A DNA stretch of 64,000 nucleotides from Cyclobacteriaceae bacterium (GTDB lineage Bacteria > Bacteroidota > Bacteroidia > Cytophagales > Cyclobacteriaceae), in the NCBI GenBank assembly GCA_025455015.1, contig JALONI010000003.1, forward strand, positions 8,195-72,194, in the 5' to 3' direction. Shown piece by piece: positions 59,099-64,000 of this stretch (the first letter of the stretch is position 1; every line of letters begins with the position of its first letter). The position numbers and the translations under genes are program-made. The notes under the pieces were generated by a model. That model worked only from the letters and a program-made list of their open reading frames with translations, was not told the origin of the DNA and searched no databases.

Positions 59099-60286
59099 CT
59101 AATCTCCTTTTTCCAGATTCTTTAGTCGTTTTTTGGCGTCTTTAAACGCCTCGTCTTTTCGGCCCGCTTGGCGCTTCACTTGCTGGAAGTACGCCCGGGC
59201 CGCCTTCTTGTCGCCCTGTTTTTCACAAATCTCGCCCAGCGAGATCAGCGCAAACAGGTAGTAGCCTGATTCGGTCGCCCCGATTTGTTCGGCAAACCGC
59301 ACCGTCATCTCATAGTACTTTCGGGCTTCGCCATAGTTTCTGCGCACCTCGTTTACCTGCCCCAGGAAGAAGGCGGCATACCTTCCGCTGGTAGCCTCGT
59401 AGCCCACATGGCCACTATCCATGCGGGCCAAAATATGGTGCGAAACGCGCTCCACGTCCACCAGGGCGCCCCGCGCATACAGCATGCGTGCATAATAGCG
59501 ATGGAAATAGGCGTTGTCGGGGTAGGTTTCATACAAATACTTCGCGATTTCGTACGCGCGGGCTTGGTCGTTTTCGTAGCTGTTCAAGATGCGCATCAGC
59601 CATACCATCGCTTCCGTGCGCGTGTAGAACGCATTGTATGACACTTCCTTAAGTTGCTTCAGGCCAAGCTGCTTGTCGCCTTTGCGGAAAAACCAAAGCA
59701 AGGGTTTTAAGGCCGGATAGTTTTCGGGCACCCACACCGAGAAGTAGTTGTACAAGGCATCACCAAACAAAAGCTCCGGGCTCAGGTAGTTTTGGTCGCG
59801 GCATTCTTCCATGTAGTTGAGTGCTGTTTTGCCGGCCGAGGCGGCTTTGCGCCAATTTTTGCGCTCCTCGTCTGAGTACAGCCGCCCTTTAAAGCCATAG
59901 GCTGCCGCCAGGAAAAACGATGACTCCAGTTTGTATTCGGGGTACTTCTTTCGGAGCACTTCCGCAATGGAAATGGTGCTGTCCATGTAGGCCAGAAAGC
60001 GCTCATCGTGCGAGGGGTTGCGCGTATCGGGCATGATCTTCCACCACTCGCTCAAGCCCAGCAAAAAGTAGGGCAGCGGATGCCATTTGTATTTTTGTTT
60101 GAACCAGCGAAACTGTTGTTCCGCCCGCTCAAACTTAAAGTTGTACATGTCGTTTAAGGCCTGTGTGGCTTCAATTTGCACGTTGATGTCAGCAATGAGT
60201 ACGCGCGTGGTGTCTTTACGGGGTGTTTGGGCGTATGTGCCCGAGGCCACAAAAAAAAGAATCAGAAAAAGAAACTCCGCGCGCAT
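59099..60286 (-). CDS. Exported tetratricopeptide-repeat protein
   Basis: Signal peptide ending GTYA-Q; helical A/Y/L repeat pattern (FERAEQQF, YGEARKYY, KKAARAYF). Confidence 0.8.
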   Translation of the reverse strand: MRAEFLFLILFFVASGTYAQTPRKDTTRVLIADINVQIEATQALNDMYNFKFERAEQQFRWFKQKYKWHPLPYFLLGLSEWWKIMPDTRNPSHDERFLAYMDSTISIAEVLRKKYPEYKLESSFFLAAAYGFKGRLYSDEERKNWRKAASAGKTALNYMEECRDQNYLSPELLFGDALYNYFSVWVPENYPALKPLLWFFRKGDKQLGLKQLKEVSYNAFYTRTEAMVWLMRILNSYENDQARAYEIAKYLYETYPDNAYFHRYYARMLYARGALVDVERVSHHILARMDSGHVGYEATSGRYAAFFLGQVNEVRRNYGEARKYYEMTVRFAEQIGATESGYYLFALISLGEICEKQGDKKAARAYFQQVKRQAGRKDEAFKDAKKRLKNLEKGD

Positions 60287-60331
60287 GTTCAAGAGGAGTG
60301 CAAGTTAATAAAATCTTACCTTGGAAACGGA

Positions 60332-60961
60332 ATGAACACCTCGCCCACCACTTCGGTTTTTGAAGTGAACCGCCCGTTGGCCTTTGCTTTGCTTTGCGCC
60401 ATTTCCTTCCTGCTGCTTTTCATCAAAAAAAACTTCATTGAGTATGAAACGGCCGCCTTTGAATTTTTGCAAGACCGCCCCGAGGGCACCGTCTTGCGTC
60501 TGCTCAGCGCGCTGCAGTTTGTGTCCATCCCGCTCGTGTACGCATGGAAGTTCACCGTGATCGGTTTTGTGTTGTGGATGGGATGCTTCCTGTTTGGCTT
60601 CCGCATCTCCTTTGCGCAATGCTGGGGCATCGTCTTGTTGGCCGAGTTTGTATTTGTCATTCCCGAAATCATTCGTATAGCGTGGTTTCTTTGGGTGGAA
60701 ACAGACCCCGCCCTGTCTGATATTGGCCGGTTTTATCCGCTGTCGCTCATGCACTTTTTTGATTACTACGCCATTGACCCGCGCTTTGCGTACCCGCTGC
60801 GGTCGGTCAATCTCTTTGAGATCGGCTACGTATTTACGTTGGTGCAGGGGGTGCATTTTTTCGCTAGGCGCGACAAGCAACATGCTTGGTGGATCGTGAG
60901 TTGTAGTTACGTGTTGGTATTCGTGCTGTGGCTCGTTTTTTATATGGTGGTCTACAAATAG
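60332..60961 (+). CDS. Hypothetical integral membrane protein (Yip1-like, about 5 TM)
   Basis: Alternating hydrophobic spans; YPLRSVNLFEIGY motif. Confidence 0.65.
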   Translation: MNTSPTTSVFEVNRPLAFALLCAISFLLLFIKKNFIEYETAAFEFLQDRPEGTVLRLLSALQFVSIPLVYAWKFTVIGFVLWMGCFLFGFRISFAQCWGIVLLAEFVFVIPEIIRIAWFLWVETDPALSDIGRFYPLSLMHFFDYYAIDPRFAYPLRSVNLFEIGYVFTLVQGVHFFARRDKQHAWWIVSCSYVLVFVLWLVFYMVVYK

Positions 60962-61011
60962 CGAGTTCCGCCTTCTTTTTTTTACCTTGGCCCCGTTGGC
61001 TATCTGAATCT

Positions 61012-62877
61012 ATGAGGAAAATAATGTCCCGCTTGCCAAAGTGGGCGGTGCTGATGTTTGCCATGCCTTGCCAGGTGTGGACCCAGGAGCTTCCCGTCAT
61101 CACCGGCAAAACATTGACAGCTGTGGAGGTGTACCGTTATTTAGAGCGCCACAAAGAGGCCGAAACCATTACGTTTTCTCGGTGCCGTATTACGTACACC
61201 GAGCAAGACGATGACTATCGGTTTGCGTGGGATGATTTCCAGGATTTTGAGAGTGCCAGTGGGTATCAGGGCTCCGTGGCCAAACCCCGTATTGATGCCA
61301 CCGTCATTTTTTCGGAATGCGCGTTCAACCCAACGGCTAATCGGCAAGTACAGTTTTCGAATTACTATTTCCGGGGCAAAGTTCAATTGGATAATTGCAC
61401 CGGTTATGGCGTTCAATTCAGCCGGTGTGTTTTTTGGAATGGCATGGCCACCAATGATCTGCGCTTTCGCTACTTGCAGCTATCGTATTGCCAGTTTTAT
61501 GATGCCTTCAGTTTCAATGACGATGAGATCACTCAGTTAAAACTGGACCACTGCCACTTTGTGCGCAACGATAACTCGGTGGCGTTTGGGTTTGACTTTG
61601 TGAACCGGAATCAGTTTTATGACTTTTACATTGATGGCTGTGAATTTCTGGACCAATCGCGAGAGTCGAAAGAGGTGGCTAGCGATAGCCTGGTACATGC
61701 CAACAATTTGTTGTACCTGCAAACCTTTGACGTAGCCCACTTTAGAGCCACGCGCTCGCTTTTTGACTGCTCGCTGGTGCTGGGCGACTTTGCTGCGGAG
61801 AAGGCGTTTGTGTTTTCTAATAACCGGTATTTTCAAAAAGTCATCTTTGAGCAGGCCCCTAACATCCCCACCGAGGGGTCTGTATTTTCGTTTGCCGATT
61901 TGGTAACGGTGGCACCTGGCCGAAGAAATACGGCCGATTCGCTAAGTGTTAAAATCGGAGTGATCCGTGAACTGCCGGGCGATGTATACCTGTATTACCG
62001 CTATGATAGCGACTGGGAATATGCCAAAGATCAGGTTCGCCCCTGGATCGACACCGCCCCCGAGAAGCAGATCATACCCGTGTACAGTAAGTTGCTGTCT
62101 GTGTTTGACGCCACCGCGGACATTGAGTCCTATAACCTATGTTTTCGGCAGATGAAGCGTATCGAGAAAACAGCCTCCAAAATACGCTGGGAAACACAAC
62201 AGCGATTTATTGACTGGTTTCGGTGGAAGATGGACATCTTTCTGGAGAAGTTTAGCGCCTACGGCACGGATCCGGTACTGTCGCTATTTAATTCCTTTTT
62301 GGTCATTTGTGCCTTTGCGTTGATCTACATCGTGTTCCCCAGCGAAGAAGACAATCTACGTTTCCACAATATTCAGGCAGCTGTGTATCGCTACGTGTCG
62401 CATTTTGCCGAACAGCAAAAACAGTTTTTCACTACCGATGAATTGTATCAGCGCGACTTGGAGGCCGGTCGTGCCATGAAACAACAACTGAAATCGAACA
62501 TGGAGCGTCTTCCCCCGGTTATTTCGGTCCTCGGCATGCCCTTTTATTACGTGTCTTACTTCTTCGCGTTCGTCCGTCACCGCATCCGAAGCATGGTGCG
62601 GTTCAATATTTACCAAGATTGGACCGATCTCAACGCCCGGGGGCGGCTAAAAACCTCGCTGGTCGTAAGTTTGAATTTTATGGGATTTCTTTTGTGGGGA
62701 TTGGTGATGCGCCTGGTGAACGGATTTACGCTGAGCTTAAATGCGTTTGTTACACTGGGGTATGGCGAGATTGAAGCCAAGGGCATTGCCCGGTATTTTT
62801 GCGTGATTGAAGGTTTGGTAGGATGGTTTTTGCTCAGCGTGTTCAGTGTGTCGCTCATTAGCCAGATACTACAATGA
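61012..62877 (+). CDS. Potassium-channel-like protein with exported pentapeptide/beta-helix-like N-domain
   Basis: Signal-like N-terminus ending VWT-Q; repeated F-x-x-C-x-F units; C-terminal pore helix FTLSLNAFV, filter TLGYGE and inner helix. Confidence 0.75.
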   Translation: MRKIMSRLPKWAVLMFAMPCQVWTQELPVITGKTLTAVEVYRYLERHKEAETITFSRCRITYTEQDDDYRFAWDDFQDFESASGYQGSVAKPRIDATVIFSECAFNPTANRQVQFSNYYFRGKVQLDNCTGYGVQFSRCVFWNGMATNDLRFRYLQLSYCQFYDAFSFNDDEITQLKLDHCHFVRNDNSVAFGFDFVNRNQFYDFYIDGCEFLDQSRESKEVASDSLVHANNLLYLQTFDVAHFRATRSLFDCSLVLGDFAAEKAFVFSNNRYFQKVIFEQAPNIPTEGSVFSFADLVTVAPGRRNTADSLSVKIGVIRELPGDVYLYYRYDSDWEYAKDQVRPWIDTAPEKQIIPVYSKLLSVFDATADIESYNLCFRQMKRIEKTASKIRWETQQRFIDWFRWKMDIFLEKFSAYGTDPVLSLFNSFLVICAFALIYIVFPSEEDNLRFHNIQAAVYRYVSHFAEQQKQFFTTDELYQRDLEAGRAMKQQLKSNMERLPPVISVLGMPFYYVSYFFAFVRHRIRSMVRFNIYQDWTDLNARGRLKTSLVVSLNFMGFLLWGLVMRLVNGFTLSLNAFVTLGYGEIEAKGIARYFCVIEGLVGWFLLSVFSVSLISQILQ

Positions 62878-64000
62878 TGCGCTTGCTTTTTACGCTGGTG
62901 GCTGTTGGGGTGTTGATGTCATGCAGCAACCGCGCGCGAAATGACGAACGGCTGTTGTGGGAGTACTACAGCGGATTTACCTATCCGCCCGAGTTATTTG
63001 ACAGCCTGATGCGCCAAGCCCGCACCGAAAAGACAAAACAATTTTTTTGGGGCATGCGTTGTTTTGAGAAATACGACCAGTTTGACAGTGTCTCGTGTTA
63101 TGACAGCGCCCGATTTATTTTTGATGCGCTCATCCGCGATGAACCCGACAGCTACTTGGGCTATTTAGGCAAGGGCATTCTGCTTACCGAACGTGGCCGC
63201 AAGAACCGCGGCAAGGGTTTACCATTTAGGCATTACCTCGACAGCGCGGAGAGCTGTTATCGACTGGCCACGGCCAGGCAACCCAATCATGGCGCGGTGT
63301 ATTATTACCGCGGGCGCAACCAATACAACATCAACGTGGATACGATCAATCCGCTGGCCATCGCGTATTTGGACACAGCCGCGCAGTTTCGGGGCAGCTT
63401 TTTTAAGGCCAATGAGCGGTCGGCCGAGTTTCTTTCGCACTACCTGGATTTATCCGAAAAGCTGGACAGCAACAGCCATGCGCGCTTTCAATCCATGTTC
63501 CCCAGTGCCGAGGAGCGCATCAAGTATTACTTTGCCCGAAGCTTGGCGATCGACTCCGGCTGGTACCAGACGTATCAGGGCATCGCGAAAGCCACGCACG
63601 TCTATTCGGCCCGCGAGCGTATCTACTTCTTGAGCAAGGGTATCGCCCTTGCGGTGAACAAAAAATCACGCGACTCACTGGACCTCATGTTGGCACTGCT
63701 CCACATTTACCATCATGACTTGCATGATTTTGAAACGGCCCGCTCGCTGGTTCAGCAACTTCACCACCTGGATGCCAACGCACAGAAATCATTGGCGTGG
63801 GCGAATTACTACCTGGGCGAGCCGGCCGCGGAAACACAACAAGGCTTTTACAACCTACGCGATGTGAGCGGAAATGAGGGGTGGCAGGAGCGCGTTCAAT
63901 ATGCGCAACTAACAGGGGCCTACGACTCCGCCCATGTTTACCTGGACCGCTGGAAAAAAGCCAACCCCGATCGGGCTTTTTGGGCCGACTACGAACGCGC
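62874..64000 (+). CDS. TPR-like lipoprotein, partial (runs off the right edge)
   Basis: Read by hand (absent from the track): MMRLLFTLVAVGVLMS-C... stays open to the window end; ATGA overlap with the channel stop; helical repeats (AVYYYRGRNQY, LAWANYYLG). Confidence 0.8.
   Translation, partial: MMRLLFTLVAVGVLMSCSNRARNDERLLWEYYSGFTYPPELFDSLMRQARTEKTKQFFWGMRCFEKYDQFDSVSCYDSARFIFDALIRDEPDSYLGYLGKGILLTERGRKNRGKGLPFRHYLDSAESCYRLATARQPNHGAVYYYRGRNQYNINVDTINPLAIAYLDTAAQFRGSFFKANERSAEFLSHYLDLSEKLDSNSHARFQSMFPSAEERIKYYFARSLAIDSGWYQTYQGIAKATHVYSARERIYFLSKGIALAVNKKSRDSLDLMLALLHIYHHDLHDFETARSLVQQLHHLDANAQKSLAWANYYLGEPAAETQQGFYNLRDVSGNEGWQERVQYAQLTGAYDSAHVYLDRWKKANPDRAFWADYER

Noticed and set aside
1-64000. 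CRISPR array, tRNA/rRNA, integrase/transposase, prophage
   Set aside because: No regularly spaced repeat-spacer series, tRNA T-loop/cloverleaf, or recombinase motifs were seen by eye.

Overview
About 64 kb of chromosomal backbone from a GC-rich (roughly 55%) Bacteroidota, most likely Cytophagales. The evidence is TAnnTTTG -7 promoters, signal peptides cleaved before Gln, a type IX secretion (T9SS) C-terminal domain, and mutL-rhomboid-rhomboid and GH3-bshA synteny. Housekeeping genes (mutL, rlmN, sucD, dnaJ-grpE, icd, panB, bshA, meaB) are interspersed with three small AT-rich insertions: a RelE-type toxin-antitoxin (TA) pair, a DUF4468-like gene and a DUF433/PIN TA pair. A ~15 kb ABC-transporter-type glycan locus contains wzm, wzt, a methyltransferase, GT2/GT4 enzymes and a polytopic membrane protein. 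I saw no rRNA, tRNA, CRISPR array, transposase or integrase. Most unusual observations: (1) a GT4 glycosyltransferase fused in frame, via an internal signal peptide, to a propeller/PKD/T9SS cargo protein; (2) an output-less CHASE2 receptor followed by two tandem paralogous secreted FecR/DUF928-like proteins; (3) a K+-channel-like protein with a signal-peptide-exported N-terminal domain, coupled to a TPR lipoprotein; (4) a catalytically degenerate GH3 fused to an intact serine hydrolase; (5) a serine hydrolase-DUF1611-epimerase cluster resembling the DgcN/DgcA D-glutamate pathway. All family assignments come from motif recognition by eye; no database search was run.
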